Of a DNA stretch of 64,000 bases, positions 36,711-46,758 are shown piece after piece; position 1 is the first letter of the stretch, and each line of letters begins with the position of its first letter. The stretch is taken from contig OZ253564.1 of the NCBI GenBank assembly GCA_965262915.1, positions 2,528,001 to 2,592,000 on the forward strand. The letters are read 5' to 3'. Source of the stretch: Candidatus Spongiisociaceae bacterium. GTDB taxonomy: Bacteria > Actinomycetota > Acidimicrobiia > Spongiisociales > Spongiisociaceae. The notes under the pieces were generated by a model. That model did not search any database. It was not told where the DNA came from and worked only from the letters and a program-made list of their open reading frames with translations. Position numbers and translations under genes: made by a program.

Positions 36711-37676
36711 TCAAACCAGGTGACATGCGACGACATGATCGGATCGCACTTCCCGCAGCAATGGCAGTTCCCGCGCGCACCGCTCCACGGCCAGCGGACA
36801 CCTCGGATGGAACGCGCAACCCGTCGGTGGATGCGCGGGGTCGGGCGGTTCCCCCTCCACCACTGCTTCCCCTTTCGGATCATCGGGATCGGGCTGCGGG
36901 ATGGCATCGAACAAGGCCTGCGTGTAGGGATGGAGCCGGTGGTCTCGCAGTTCCGCCTTGGGCGCCATCTCCACGATCTTGCCCAGGTACATGACGGCAA
37001 CGATGTCGCTCATGAACTCGACCACATGCAGGTCGTGGGAGATCACGAAGTAGCTGGTGCCGAGTTGGTCGCGGATATCGCTCAACAGGTTCACGATCTG
37101 GGCCCGGATCGACACGTCGAGGGCGGAGGTGGCCTCGTCCAGAACGATCAGGGTGGACTGCGTGGCGATGGCCCGAGCAATGGCGATGCGCTGGCGCTGG
37201 CCTCCACTGAACTCGTGCGGATAGAGCCGTTCGATACCGGAGGGAAGGCCTACCATCTCGAGGGCCTCGGCCACGCGCCGTCTCCGGTCGTCGGCGGTGA
37301 GCTCGCTGACCTGTCGGAGAGGTTCACCGACGATGTCCTGGATGCGCATTCGTGGATTGAGCGAGTCGAAGGGGTCCTGCGGCACGGCCTGCACCGAGGT
37401 CCGATACTCCCGCTTCTGTTCTCGCGACAGTTCGACCAACGACACTCCCCGAAAACGGACGTTTCCGGACGTCAACGGTTCCAGGCCGAGGATGAGCTTG
37501 GCGAGCGTCGACTTCCCGCAGCCCGACTCCCCGACCAGGCCGAACGTAGTACCCGGCCGGATTTCGAAGCTGACGCCGTCGACGGCCCTGAGCTTCACCC
37601 TGCGATAGGCTCCCGGCTCCTTGGTGAGGAAGTGCTTGGCGGCATCGTCGACCTCGATGACGGCCCGGTCATCCAC
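36711..37676 (-). CDS. Peptide ABC ATPase (DppF-like)
   Basis: GESGCGKST, FSGGQRQR, LDEATSALD, HPYT and GCAFHPRC motifs. Confidence 0.95.
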   Translation of the reverse strand: MDDRAVIEVDDAAKHFLTKEPGAYRRVKLRAVDGVSFEIRPGTTFGLVGESGCGKSTLAKLILGLEPLTSGNVRFRGVSLVELSREQKREYRTSVQAVPQDPFDSLNPRMRIQDIVGEPLRQVSELTADDRRRRVAEALEMVGLPSGIERLYPHEFSGGQRQRIAIARAIATQSTLIVLDEATSALDVSIRAQIVNLLSDIRDQLGTSYFVISHDLHVVEFMSDIVAVMYLGKIVEMAPKAELRDHRLHPYTQALFDAIPQPDPDDPKGEAVVEGEPPDPAHPPTGCAFHPRCPLAVERCARELPLLREVRSDHVVACHLV

Positions 37677-38787
37677 GCCCGGGCCCTCCTTCAGCCCTCG
37701 AGCGCGCGATCAAGCAGGCGACCTGATGGCCCACCGCCACTTCTTCGACATCGGGATACGCCTCCGCACACCTGTCGAAGGCGTGCGGGCACCGCGGTTC
37801 GAACCGGCAGCCGTCGGGCCAGGCCAGTGGATCGGGAGGCTGGCCCTCGATCGAATAGAGCCGCTTGCGGTCGTCGCCCGGCACGGGAAGCGATCGGAGC
37901 AGTGCCTCCGTATAGGGATGCACAGGCTTGCGGAAGATGTCACGGGTCGGACCGTGTTCAACGATCCGGCCGGCATACATAACGGCCATCCGCTCGCACA
38001 TCTTGGCGATCAGCGACAGGTCGTGGGTCACGAGGATCAACCCGGCGCCGGTGCGGCGCTGCTCCTCGCTGAGGACTGCGAGGATCTGGCTCTGGACCGT
38101 CATGTCCAGAGCCGTCGTCGGCTCGTCGGCGATGATCAGTTCGGGATCGCACGTCAGACCCATCGCGATGAGGGCCCGCTGCCGCATTCCGCCGCTGAAC
38201 TCGAACGGGAACTGACCGATCCGACGCTCGGCCTGGGGAATCCGGACCCGGTTCAGGTACCGGGCAGCCTCCTTGGTGGCCTTTGCACGGCGATAGCCGA
38301 GGTGGCTCATCATGGGCTCGGCCACCTGGTTCCCGACCGTGAAGACCGGGTTGAGCGACGTCATCGGGTCCTGGGGTATGACCACCATTTCCGCACCCCG
38401 CAACCGGCGGATGTCGCGGTCGGACATCGCCGCCATGTCCTTCCCCTTCCAGAGAACCCGGCCGCCTGCGATACGGCCCGAGGGCGGTATCTGGCGCATG
38501 AGGGCGCGCGTCGTCACCGTCTTGCCGCACCCGGACTCGCCGACCAGGCCCAGACGCTCGTTCCTGCCAACCGAGAAGCTCACTCCGTCGACGGCTCGCA
38601 CCGAGCCTCGGCTCGTCTCGAAGTGCACCGCCAGATCGGTGACCTCGATCAGCGGGAGACGCGAAGGGCGGATCTCTACCGGCTCGATCTTCCGACCGGA
38701 CTGAGAGGGTGCGCGGATGCGCGAACCACGATCGGTCCCGGTCGACGACCGCACCCGGTGCCCACTCGGGAAACCCCTGGCCATCAA
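37669..38787 (-). CDS. Peptide ABC ATPase (DppD-like); start uncertain
   Basis: GESGCGKT, QDPMTSLNP, FSGGMRQR, DEPTTALD and GCRFEPRC motifs. Confidence 0.93.
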   Translation of the reverse strand: MMARGFPSGHRVRSSTGTDRGSRIRAPSQSGRKIEPVEIRPSRLPLIEVTDLAVHFETSRGSVRAVDGVSFSVGRNERLGLVGESGCGKTVTTRALMRQIPPSGRIAGGRVLWKGKDMAAMSDRDIRRLRGAEMVVIPQDPMTSLNPVFTVGNQVAEPMMSHLGYRRAKATKEAARYLNRVRIPQAERRIGQFPFEFSGGMRQRALIAMGLTCDPELIIADEPTTALDMTVQSQILAVLSEEQRRTGAGLILVTHDLSLIAKMCERMAVMYAGRIVEHGPTRDIFRKPVHPYTEALLRSLPVPGDDRKRLYSIEGQPPDPLAWPDGCRFEPRCPHAFDRCAEAYPDVEEVAVGHQVACLIARSRAEGGPGRG

Positions 38788-38865
38788 GGTGGGCCCATCA
38801 ACCGTCGCAATCGCTGTTTCCCCTGGTGAGCACCTATCCGCGCACCCTCTGAGGCTGTGCGACGC

Positions 38866-40707
38866 TTACCCTCCGATGAACCCTGCTGTGTTGTAGTCGA
38901 TGGCGTAGCGCTGAGGCAGCGCCGTCCAATCGAGATCGGCAACCACCGCAAAGATGAATTGCGGGTGCCACAGCCACAGGCCCACCGCGCTCTCCCAGAG
39001 CACCTTGTCCAGCTCTTTGAGCGCCGCGACCTGCTCGTCGACGTCGAGTACCTGCGAGGCAGCCAGCGCGGCGACGAGTTCCGGGTCCTCCGTGACCTTG
39101 AAGCGGCTGGTGATGTTCCGCGGAAGGTTTCGCGAGTCGACGGCCGTGAAGTTGTACCCGAGGTCGAGATAGCTCGGTCCCAGGTTGTTACCCGGCGCGC
39201 CGGCGAACAGCAACGACACCCACGGCGAGATCGGCATCGGCTCCACCGACGTCCGGATCCCGATGTCGTTGAGCTGGTCGGCAACCGAGAGGGCGATCTC
39301 GCTCCCCTTCTCGTACAGCCCTTCAGGAACGATGATCCGGTGCAGGAACCCGTCCGGGTACCCGGCCTCCTCGAGAAGTTGCTTCGCCAACTCGGGGTTG
39401 TACCCGTAGTCGGTGAACTCGCTGCCGGGCTGGAAGGCCTGCATCGATGGGATGGGGTGAATCCCCCGGTCAGGACCGCTCGCCATCGGGGCGGCGTGCC
39501 CGCCGAGCACGTTGTCGATGATCGCCTGCTTGTTGACCCCGAAGTTCAGCGCACGCCGGACCCGCACATCGAGCAACGGATTCGGCTGACCGGGCTCCAG
39601 CGGGTTCTCGGCATCGAGCGTGTACAGGGGCATGAACCCGGTGCCGAACGCGCTGATGCTCTGGATGTTGTAGCCCGCCTCCTGTGCCGACTCGACCAGA
39701 TCGACCGGGATACAGCACACGATGTCCGCCTCGCCGCGTTGCATCGCAGTCAGCGCGGCGGCCGCGTTGACGTTGAGCCGGATGTTCAGCTTCTTGATCT
39801 TGGGTGGGCCGGCCCAGTAGTCCTCGAACGCCTCCAACTCGATGATCTGCTCGGGAATGAAGTTGACCACCTTGTAGGCGCCGGTGCCGTTGGCATGGGT
39901 GGTGAGGTACTCGACATCGTGCTGCTCCGTCCACGCCCTCTGCATGGGCCGGAAGGCGTACAGGTTCTCGAACAACTGCGGCTGCGGGGGATCGATGACG
40001 TTGAACCGCACGGTATCGGCGTCCACGATGTCCACCGAACTGACGATGGAACGGAACAGGGCGCCTGCCCGCGATCGCAAGTCCGGATTCGTGAGACGCT
40101 CGAACGTGAACACGATGTCGTCCGGCGTCAGATGTTCCCCGCTGTGGAACTTCACATCGTCTCGTAGGTCGATGAGAAAGTTCCCGTCCGCTTCCTGGGC
40201 CACCGTGCCGATCCAGTCGATCGCGTGATAGTTCGCCCAGTCGTTCTTGGTGATCCCGTCATAGATCTGGTGCAGCACTACCGCATCGGTTGACCCCGCA
40301 GTCACCGGATCGATGGATCGCGCGTTGATGATGGTGAACACGTTCAGCGTGTCGTAGTCCGTCCGTGTCGGCGCTTCTTCCGGAGGTACCGCCGTCGTGG
40401 TGGAAGCGGGTACCTCCACCTCCACGATCGAGGTCACGGTCACGATCGACGTGACTGTTTCCCCGGGCACCTCCACCTCCACCTCCACGATCGAGGTCTG
40501 GGTGACGATGGAGGTCTCGGTGACGACGATCGTCTCGGGTGCTGCGGTCGCCGTCGTCTCCCCCTCGCCATCACCGCAGGCACCCGCGACCAAGGCGAGC
40601 GCCAAGAGCGCTACAGCCCATGGCCATGCCCGGCGGACCGTCGGACCAAGCCGACGCCTCCTACGGATCGAAAGTCTCGAACCACCCAGGAACGGTGCGC
40701 TCGCCAT
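38866..40707 (-). CDS. Peptide-type ABC substrate-binding lipoprotein
   Basis: Lipobox AGAC, TSIV/VEVE linker repeats, LRDDVKFHSG, GTGAY, DVRVRRALN and YNPELAKQLLEEAGY. Confidence 0.92.
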   Translation of the reverse strand: MASAPFLGGSRLSIRRRRRLGPTVRRAWPWAVALLALALVAGACGDGEGETTATAAPETIVVTETSIVTQTSIVEVEVEVPGETVTSIVTVTSIVEVEVPASTTTAVPPEEAPTRTDYDTLNVFTIINARSIDPVTAGSTDAVVLHQIYDGITKNDWANYHAIDWIGTVAQEADGNFLIDLRDDVKFHSGEHLTPDDIVFTFERLTNPDLRSRAGALFRSIVSSVDIVDADTVRFNVIDPPQPQLFENLYAFRPMQRAWTEQHDVEYLTTHANGTGAYKVVNFIPEQIIELEAFEDYWAGPPKIKKLNIRLNVNAAAALTAMQRGEADIVCCIPVDLVESAQEAGYNIQSISAFGTGFMPLYTLDAENPLEPGQPNPLLDVRVRRALNFGVNKQAIIDNVLGGHAAPMASGPDRGIHPIPSMQAFQPGSEFTDYGYNPELAKQLLEEAGYPDGFLHRIIVPEGLYEKGSEIALSVADQLNDIGIRTSVEPMPISPWVSLLFAGAPGNNLGPSYLDLGYNFTAVDSRNLPRNITSRFKVTEDPELVAALAASQVLDVDEQVAALKELDKVLWESAVGLWLWHPQFIFAVVADLDWTALPQRYAIDYNTAGFIGG

Positions 40708-40778
40708 TAGGGTCCTCCCCTACTTAGATGTCCTCCCGCAATTTGGATGCCGGAGGTGAAGTATGAACGTCCTCGCCA

Positions 40779-40807
40779 ATGCTATTGGTCGGACTCTTGG
40801 TCGTCAA
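40779..40807 (-). promoter_or_regulatory. Sigma70-like promoter for the ABC operon
   Basis: Minus strand TTGACG-N17-TAGCAT, with GACCAA repeated twice across the spacer. Confidence 0.6.
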
Positions 40808-40931
40808 CAGCTTGTGAGCCGGCTCCTACAACACATGCAACCCTGAATCCACCGGCGGGGGCGAAGGGACCCGGACGGTAGATGCACATTAGAGATACCT
40901 CTTGGATCTTGCGACGACATCCATAGATAAG

Positions 40932-41789
40932 TCACGTATCGTCTCCTTCGGCCTCCGTGTAGGAGCTGATGCCAGGGCGATACTGCTTGGCCAGGAACAG
41001 CTCGACCCCCTTCCCCTCCTCACCGAGTTGATGGTGACGCCAATTGAGGTCGTTGTGCTTGGCGGCGAGAAACCAGTAGGCCTCGTCGTAGGACATATCC
41101 ATCACTTGTTTGACCGCCTCCTTGCAGAATCGCACCGCGGCCGGATCGAGCGCCTTGAGCCGGTCGGCGACCTTCGCCACCTCCGACTCGAGGCTCGATC
41201 TGGGAACAGAACGGTTGACGAAGCGGATTCGTGCCGCGGCGGGACCGTCGAACCGCTCTCCGGTCATCGCGTAATAGACCGCATCGCGGTACGGCATCAG
41301 GCTGGCGATCGACTTGGCTACCAACCCTCCCGGCATGTATCCCAGGTTGACCTCGCTCAGACCGAAGACCGCCTCGTCGGCAGCAATGGCTATGTCGCAG
41401 GAAGCGACGATGGTGAAAGCCCCCCCGAAGCAATATCCGTTCACCATCGCAATGGTCGGTTTGGGAAACATGCGGAGCATCCGGTCACCCCACTCCGTCG
41501 CGAGACGGCGATAGAGGTCCCGCCGGTCCTGATCGCCTTCGAGGTCCTGGAAGTATTCCTTGAGGTCCATCCCGGCGCTGAAGGATTCGCCGGCACCTGT
41601 GATCACCACGACCCGGGTCTCCGGATCCGTCTCCAGCGCGTGGAGCACCTCGACCATCTCGACGTGCATGGTGGGATTCATCGCATTGCGCTTCTCGGGA
41701 CGGTTGAAGGTCACCGTCGACACGCCGTCGGCCCGCGACACCAGGACAGTCGAGTACTCGGCGTCGGCTCCAGGGGTGTCACTCTTCAT
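40932..41789 (-). CDS. Crotonase family enzyme, hydroxycinnamoyl-CoA hydratase-lyase (Ech/FerB)-like
   Basis: NRPEKRNAMNP, AGMDLKEYF, GYCFGGAF, FGLSEVN and C-terminal KQYRPG resemble HCHL signatures. Confidence 0.8.
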   Translation of the reverse strand: MKSDTPGADAEYSTVLVSRADGVSTVTFNRPEKRNAMNPTMHVEMVEVLHALETDPETRVVVITGAGESFSAGMDLKEYFQDLEGDQDRRDLYRRLATEWGDRMLRMFPKPTIAMVNGYCFGGAFTIVASCDIAIAADEAVFGLSEVNLGYMPGGLVAKSIASLMPYRDAVYYAMTGERFDGPAAARIRFVNRSVPRSSLESEVAKVADRLKALDPAAVRFCKEAVKQVMDMSYDEAYWFLAAKHNDLNWRHHQLGEEGKGVELFLAKQYRPGISSYTEAEGDDT

Positions 41790-41804
41790 CGGTTCGATCC
41801 TCCC

Positions 41805-43922
41805 TCACTGCGCCGGAGCGGACTGCGCCGGGACTACCAGCCGATCGACCACGCTCACGCCCCGTCCCGCCGAGTGTACGACTACGGGGTTGAATTCGAC
41901 CTGGGAAAGCACCCGAGACCGGGCCCGCACGAGATCGCTCACGGACTCGATCAGGTCGCAGAGAGCATCGACATCGCCCGGCTCCTGTCCGCGGGCTCCG
42001 GTCAGCATCGGGTACGCCTTCAACTCGGCAAGCATGGTCCTCGCCTCCCGGTGGGTGACCGGTACGCGCCGGAAGACCACATCCCGCAACACTTCGACAT
42101 ACACGCCCCCGAGACCGCAACTGACGACCCACCCCCAATCGGAATCGCATACGGCCCCCACGATCATCTCCACGCCCTGTGGCGCGAGCGCTTGCACGGT
42201 GACTCCGCTGAGGAGCGCCTCCCGAGCTGCTGCTGCAACGTCGGAGAGGAGACGTTCGAACTCGGCTTCGATGGCCTCGGGCCCGACTCCGACGATCACG
42301 CCCCCCACGTCGCTCTTATGCGCGATATCGGGGGAAGCTACCTTCATCACCACCGGATAGCCGATCTTCTCTGCTGCGGCGCGGGCCTCGGCCGCAGTCT
42401 CGGCAACCAACTCCGGCACGATCGGGATGCCGAACTCGCGCAGTGCCGCGTCGTCGAGAGGGCCGTCCGATGGAACCGAACGAGCCCTCCTCTCCCGTGG
42501 GGACGCCTTCCCGGCGCCGATCCAGGCCGATATGGCGGCCACGCCGGAAGCCCCACCGGCAAGATACGGGATTCCCGCTGCCCGCAGTGGCGCGGTGAGC
42601 GTCTTGGCAGGCGGCTCCGCCGTCGCGCCTACTACCACAACCGGCTTGTCCGCATGGCGGGAGAGGTCTGTGGCAATCCGGACGACCGCCTTGGGCACGC
42701 CAGTGCCATGCGGGCTGGTGTCGGGAGGAAGGTCCTGGCCGACGACCAGCATGTCTGTCGCAGGATCCTGCAAGGCCGACCCGATCGCACTGTGCAACGT
42801 GTTCTCGAAGTCGCCCGAACCCCATGCATCGAGCGGATTGGGAGGCGGGTCGACAGGGGTCAACGGCTCGAGCGCCTCAGCCGTTTCGGGCGCCCAATCG
42901 GGCAGCACCAGGTCGTTCCGATCGGCGAGGTCGGCAAGCAGGGCCGCATATCCACCGGAGAGGGTCACGCAAGCGACCCGGTTCCCGGCGGGTGGCCGAC
43001 GATGGTCGAGAAGGAGGCAGGCCATGAGCAGTTCCCCCAGATCCGACACCTGCCCGATTCCGAACTGGCGGCTTACGGCTGATGTCACGGCGGCTGCCCC
43101 GGCCAGTGCGCCGGTGTGGGACAACGCCAGCGAGCGGCCCTTGGGGGATGTTCCCAGCTTCAGCAGAACGACCGCCTTTCCCGCGGCTTTCGCGGTCCGG
43201 ACACCGGCGAGAAGGCGATCAGGGTTCCGGACGGATTCGAGCACGAGCGCGATGATCCTCGTGCCGGGGTCCGTGGCCAGATAGCCCACGTAGTCGGCCG
43301 CGTCCAGCACGGCCTCGTTTCCACTCGAGATCACGTAGCGGAAACCCACTCCGAGGCTGGTGTTGAGCAACGTCATCGCCACGGAGCCGCTCTGGAGCAC
43401 GACCGAGACGTGCCCCCCTTCTACGCGACGCTCCAGAGGCGCGATGTAGAGCGAGGCGCCGTTGGCGGTGTTGACGATTCCGATGCAGTTCGGCCCGCAC
43501 ACCGCCATGTTGTAGCGCTCGGCCACGGAGCGAACCTCTGCCTGGAGCGCCTTTCCCTCGCCCCGTACCTCCCCGAAACCGTCCGCAGTGACGACCACCG
43601 ACCCGACGCCGGCCCTGCCGCAATCCTCGAGGAGCGGCACGACCCGCCCTGCGGCCGTAGCGACGAGCGCGGCGTCGACCGGCCTCGGCACGTCCCCGAT
43701 CGACGGGTAACAAGGCAGGCCGAGCACCCGGTCGTACTTCGGGTTGACCGGGTAGACGCCGCCCCGGAAGCCCGACAGCCGCAGGTTCTCGACGATCGCC
43801 TTGCCGACCCGCGACGACTCGGACGCACCGATCAGAGCGACGGACTCGGGCTGCAGGAGACGGTCGAGCGAGCGCTTGGCGACCCGGTCCCCAGGGAACG
43901 CACCTGCCTGATCCTGCCTCAT
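41805..43922 (-). CDS. NDP-forming acyl-CoA synthetase (acetate-CoA ligase family, fused domains)
   Basis: PESVALIGAS, YPVNP, GPNCIG, QSG, SSGNE, SHTGALAG, NPLD and HKSDVGGV; ATG at 43922 follows GGAGG. Confidence 0.9.
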   Translation of the reverse strand: MRQDQAGAFPGDRVAKRSLDRLLQPESVALIGASESSRVGKAIVENLRLSGFRGGVYPVNPKYDRVLGLPCYPSIGDVPRPVDAALVATAAGRVVPLLEDCGRAGVGSVVVTADGFGEVRGEGKALQAEVRSVAERYNMAVCGPNCIGIVNTANGASLYIAPLERRVEGGHVSVVLQSGSVAMTLLNTSLGVGFRYVISSGNEAVLDAADYVGYLATDPGTRIIALVLESVRNPDRLLAGVRTAKAAGKAVVLLKLGTSPKGRSLALSHTGALAGAAAVTSAVSRQFGIGQVSDLGELLMACLLLDHRRPPAGNRVACVTLSGGYAALLADLADRNDLVLPDWAPETAEALEPLTPVDPPPNPLDAWGSGDFENTLHSAIGSALQDPATDMLVVGQDLPPDTSPHGTGVPKAVVRIATDLSRHADKPVVVVGATAEPPAKTLTAPLRAAGIPYLAGGASGVAAISAWIGAGKASPRERRARSVPSDGPLDDAALREFGIPIVPELVAETAAEARAAAEKIGYPVVMKVASPDIAHKSDVGGVIVGVGPEAIEAEFERLLSDVAAAAREALLSGVTVQALAPQGVEMIVGAVCDSDWGWVVSCGLGGVYVEVLRDVVFRRVPVTHREARTMLAELKAYPMLTGARGQEPGDVDALCDLIESVSDLVRARSRVLSQVEFNPVVVHSAGRGVSVVDRLVVPAQSAPAQ

Positions 43923-43936
43923 GGCCTCCGTCCCTT

Positions 43937-44043
43937 CCGGAAGGGTGCTGTAGGACGGTGGGGAGCAACGGCCCGTCCTCCTCTGAACAGGCATTATGTC
44001 ATCGGTCGACGGGCCGTGAACGGGTTTTGGACCACTCTCCCGG
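43937..44043. mobile_element. MITE-like family B, diverged copy (~107 bp)
   Basis: Matches 49055-49161 and 49547-49653; inner stem ACGGCCCGTC / GACGGGCCGT. Confidence 0.8.
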
Positions 44044-44146
44044 GAGAATGCTGAACAATGACGATTGCTGTTGGCCCGCTGCTCGATGACCAGGCATTTC
44101 GTCGTTGAGCAACGGGCCGCGGATGGATTGCTCAGCACTCTCCCAG
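44040..44146. mobile_element. MITE-like family C
   Basis: Inverted ends GGGAGAATGCTGAACAAT / ATTGCTCAGCACTCTCCC with an internal hairpin; shorter inverted copy at 50822-50886. Confidence 0.7.
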
Positions 44147-44245
44147 TGTCCTGATTCAGGAATCAGTTGTAGATATCCGGTGAGGTTGTCGAGGATCTCG
44201 TCGGCGGTTTGCCGGATGAAGGGTTCGGGGTCTTGGTTCCGGTGT
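44144..44245 (-). pseudogene. Degenerate 3' end of an IS630 element
   Basis: GTGTCCTGATTC...GTTGTAGATA...GGTGAGGTTGTCGA...GATGAAGGGTT aligns with 49653-49755. Confidence 0.8.
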
Positions 44246-44290
44246 ACGACCGTACGTTTGTTGCATGGCGTGGGAGTGCGAGGGCATCCG

Positions 44291-46507
44291 TCACGAAACG
44301 AACCGGTTCAACACGTTTCCTGTGATGCGTGACACGTTGTTCCGGTAGCCGTTGTAGGGCAGGTTGAGGATCCAGTTGATCGACCCGACGGAGAAGACGG
44401 CCCCCTCATCGGGTGTTTCGAAGTAGACCATATCGGCGCGGACCCTGGGCTGATCGGTCGGTCCGGCTCCCGGTGTGCGAGCCGCGTGGTCCTCGACCAT
44501 GGGCTGGTAGTGCTCGCTGTGACCTCCCGCAGAGGTGGCCAGGAGCAGAGCGTGCCGGGGGCTCCCCAGACCGAGGTCGAGGCGATCGATCTCGTCGCCT
44601 GCCGCACCGGCCGTCGCCGCGCTGAAGCTATCCTCGAAGTCACCGATCACCTCGTCGTCGCCGATGCCCTCGAACACGAAAGCCGCCCTCTTGTCGAAGC
44701 TGTCCTGCTGCCGGACGTATCCCGCCGCCGGGCCCCACCCCATGGCAGCAGGTCCGACCCCGACGATCGCTTGCGGCGGCCGTCCGCGGTGGCGCCACAG
44801 GCCGCCGGGCTCACCGGTCATGCTGTGGTGGGCTTCGCCGGGCATCGCCTCCCAGAGGCTCGAGGCGGCCCAGTCGCGTCTGATCTCGATGATGTGGGGC
44901 AGATCCTCACCCAGGCTCGTTACCCAGTAGAAGCCGTTCCCTCCGAGGTACATGAGCCTTCCACCTTGAGCGAGATAGCGGCTCAGACCGTCCAGCATCG
45001 GGGCCGTCCAGTACTCAGGATGGCTTCCGGTCAACACGACTCGGTAGTGAGACAGCAACCGAGTGCCCTCTGAGTGGAGGCTCTCGTCGGTGATGATGTC
45101 GTAGCGGTAGTTCTCGTGTTCCAGCCATCGAACCAGCTCGAGATCGGCCGAGAGGTGGCGGGGCGCAGCGGATCCCCACCAGCAATACTCCGGATGGAGG
45201 TTGGGAACGGGCCGGAGTCGGGAGGTGTAGCAGACGCCGCTGCCGTCCGAATGGGTGGCGTAGAGGCTCAACCCCAACTCGGGGTGGTCCGCGAGGTACT
45301 CGTCCCGGGAGTCCAGATCGACCTCGTCGAGCAAGGTCATGGTTCGCACCACCTCCGCTTCGTGGCCGGGCGCGTAGCGGTGATTGGCGTACGCCAGGTA
45401 AGTGAGCGTCGGGACCAGGAACGCAATGTCCGCTCGCTCGGCGTTGCGTCCCGGCTCGACGAAGAGCGGCAGGTGCCAATCTGTGCTCCCCGCAGTCAGA
45501 GCAACCGAGTAGACACCGGACCGGAAGTCGTCGGGAACATGGAACTCGAAGTCGGTTTCCCAGCCGGCATCTTCGAGGTCGTCGTCGTGGAAGTGGATCG
45601 CACCCCACTGCTCCGGGACCTTGCTGAAGTCCAGATGCGTTCCATCCCAGTTGTGACCGGTCATGGCCCGCGCAGGCATGTTCACGAGGTCCCCATGTAA
45701 ACCGTGACCCGAGACGTCCCGGATCTTTTGGGTGGGAATGCCCTCGGCGAAGTTCCAGCCAGCAACGAGACCGGGTATATCCCCGGCAGGCATCCCTGTT
45801 CCGAGCAGCACTATCTCGTCGTCACCGAGTGCCCGGCCGAACAACCGGGGACTGTCGATCTTCCCGTTGTAGAGATATCCGGCACCCCGCTTCGGGACAT
45901 CGCCCCGGGGGTCGCCACCTGCTGCGATGAGTAAAGGCCCGGCGTGATCAGCCGGTCTGACCGGAGGAATCGAATCGTTGGTGATCGACGCCGGATCCGA
46001 TATGCGGTTGTCGAGCGGTGTCTGATGGAGCGTTACCCGCCCATCATCGGCGTCGTAGCATGCTGCGACGAAACACCAGACCCTGGCATCGAGCGGCCGT
46101 CGAGTCGCTACCGACAACGTCTCCCCGTCTGCGCCGGCCAGCCAGAGCGAAACGCCCCGGTCACCATCCACAAACAGCCCGAAACCCCGTCGCTCGGATC
46201 CCGACCACCTCGTCAACAGCCCCTGCGGCTCGTTGCGCCCCGGCGTGGTCGGCCAGATCCACATCTGGATCGTGAAGCTGCGCAACTCTCGAAGCAGCGG
46301 GGAGTCGGGCACGGTGGCGTACGAACCGGGATGGATGCTCTGCCCGCGGCCGCTGTGAGAGCCGCTGACCGCCGTCGGCAGCATCTCATCCTCTCCACCG
46401 TGCCGGATGATGTCGACCTCGTAAGCGTCCGAGTCGGTGCTCACCGCCAAGCGGACGGCATCGCCCGGCTCCACACTCCAGCGGTTTGCGTACGCGCTCA
46501 GGTCCAT
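44291..46507 (-). CDS. N,N-dimethylformamidase beta-subunit family protein
   Basis: LamG-like N-terminal region, AIHFHDDDLEDAGW, TYLAYAN, GSHPEYWT, YLGGNGFYW, EIRR and GAVFSVGSI. Confidence 0.85.
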   Translation of the reverse strand: MDLSAYANRWSVEPGDAVRLAVSTDSDAYEVDIIRHGGEDEMLPTAVSGSHSGRGQSIHPGSYATVPDSPLLRELRSFTIQMWIWPTTPGRNEPQGLLTRWSGSERRGFGLFVDGDRGVSLWLAGADGETLSVATRRPLDARVWCFVAACYDADDGRVTLHQTPLDNRISDPASITNDSIPPVRPADHAGPLLIAAGGDPRGDVPKRGAGYLYNGKIDSPRLFGRALGDDEIVLLGTGMPAGDIPGLVAGWNFAEGIPTQKIRDVSGHGLHGDLVNMPARAMTGHNWDGTHLDFSKVPEQWGAIHFHDDDLEDAGWETDFEFHVPDDFRSGVYSVALTAGSTDWHLPLFVEPGRNAERADIAFLVPTLTYLAYANHRYAPGHEAEVVRTMTLLDEVDLDSRDEYLADHPELGLSLYATHSDGSGVCYTSRLRPVPNLHPEYCWWGSAAPRHLSADLELVRWLEHENYRYDIITDESLHSEGTRLLSHYRVVLTGSHPEYWTAPMLDGLSRYLAQGGRLMYLGGNGFYWVTSLGEDLPHIIEIRRDWAASSLWEAMPGEAHHSMTGEPGGLWRHRGRPPQAIVGVGPAAMGWGPAAGYVRQQDSFDKRAAFVFEGIGDDEVIGDFEDSFSAATAGAAGDEIDRLDLGLGSPRHALLLATSAGGHSEHYQPMVEDHAARTPGAGPTDQPRVRADMVYFETPDEGAVFSVGSINWILNLPYNGYRNNVSRITGNVLNRFVS

Positions 46508-46518
46508 GGTTCAGAAGT

Positions 46519-46588
46519 TAGTGGTCTGTCCATGAAATGGTGTCGCAGGCAGGGGGGTAACCGCAAGTTTTTTCGAGGGAGACCACTG
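46519..46588. mobile_element. 70-bp mini-element with family A-type ends
   Basis: TAGTGGTCT...AGACCACTG around an unrelated interior, 11 bp from the DMFase-like start codon. Confidence 0.55.
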
Positions 46589-46758
46589 GCTCGCAGACTG
46601 ATGGCGAGCCAGGTTGGGATCGCTCAGGACCGGAGTAACTGCCATCATCCGGCTGGGCCGCACTCGGGCCCGTGACACAGAGACTGTGAGCCCGGTACTT
46701 GGTCGCCGACCCCTTCATATACTGAAGTTAGCTCCGCCGATCACACGAGGTACTGCGG

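Noticed and set aside
40902-43082. Long antisense ORFs such as 40902-43082, 46768-48495 and 12597-14051
   Set aside because: They are expected stop-poor shadows of high-GC genes and carry no recognisable motifs.
43923-44138. N-terminal ORF extensions (41805-44138, 16891-17937, 27352-29547, 56569-57963)
   Set aside because: The extensions run through MITEs or other genes; downstream starts have an RBS and match where family motifs begin.
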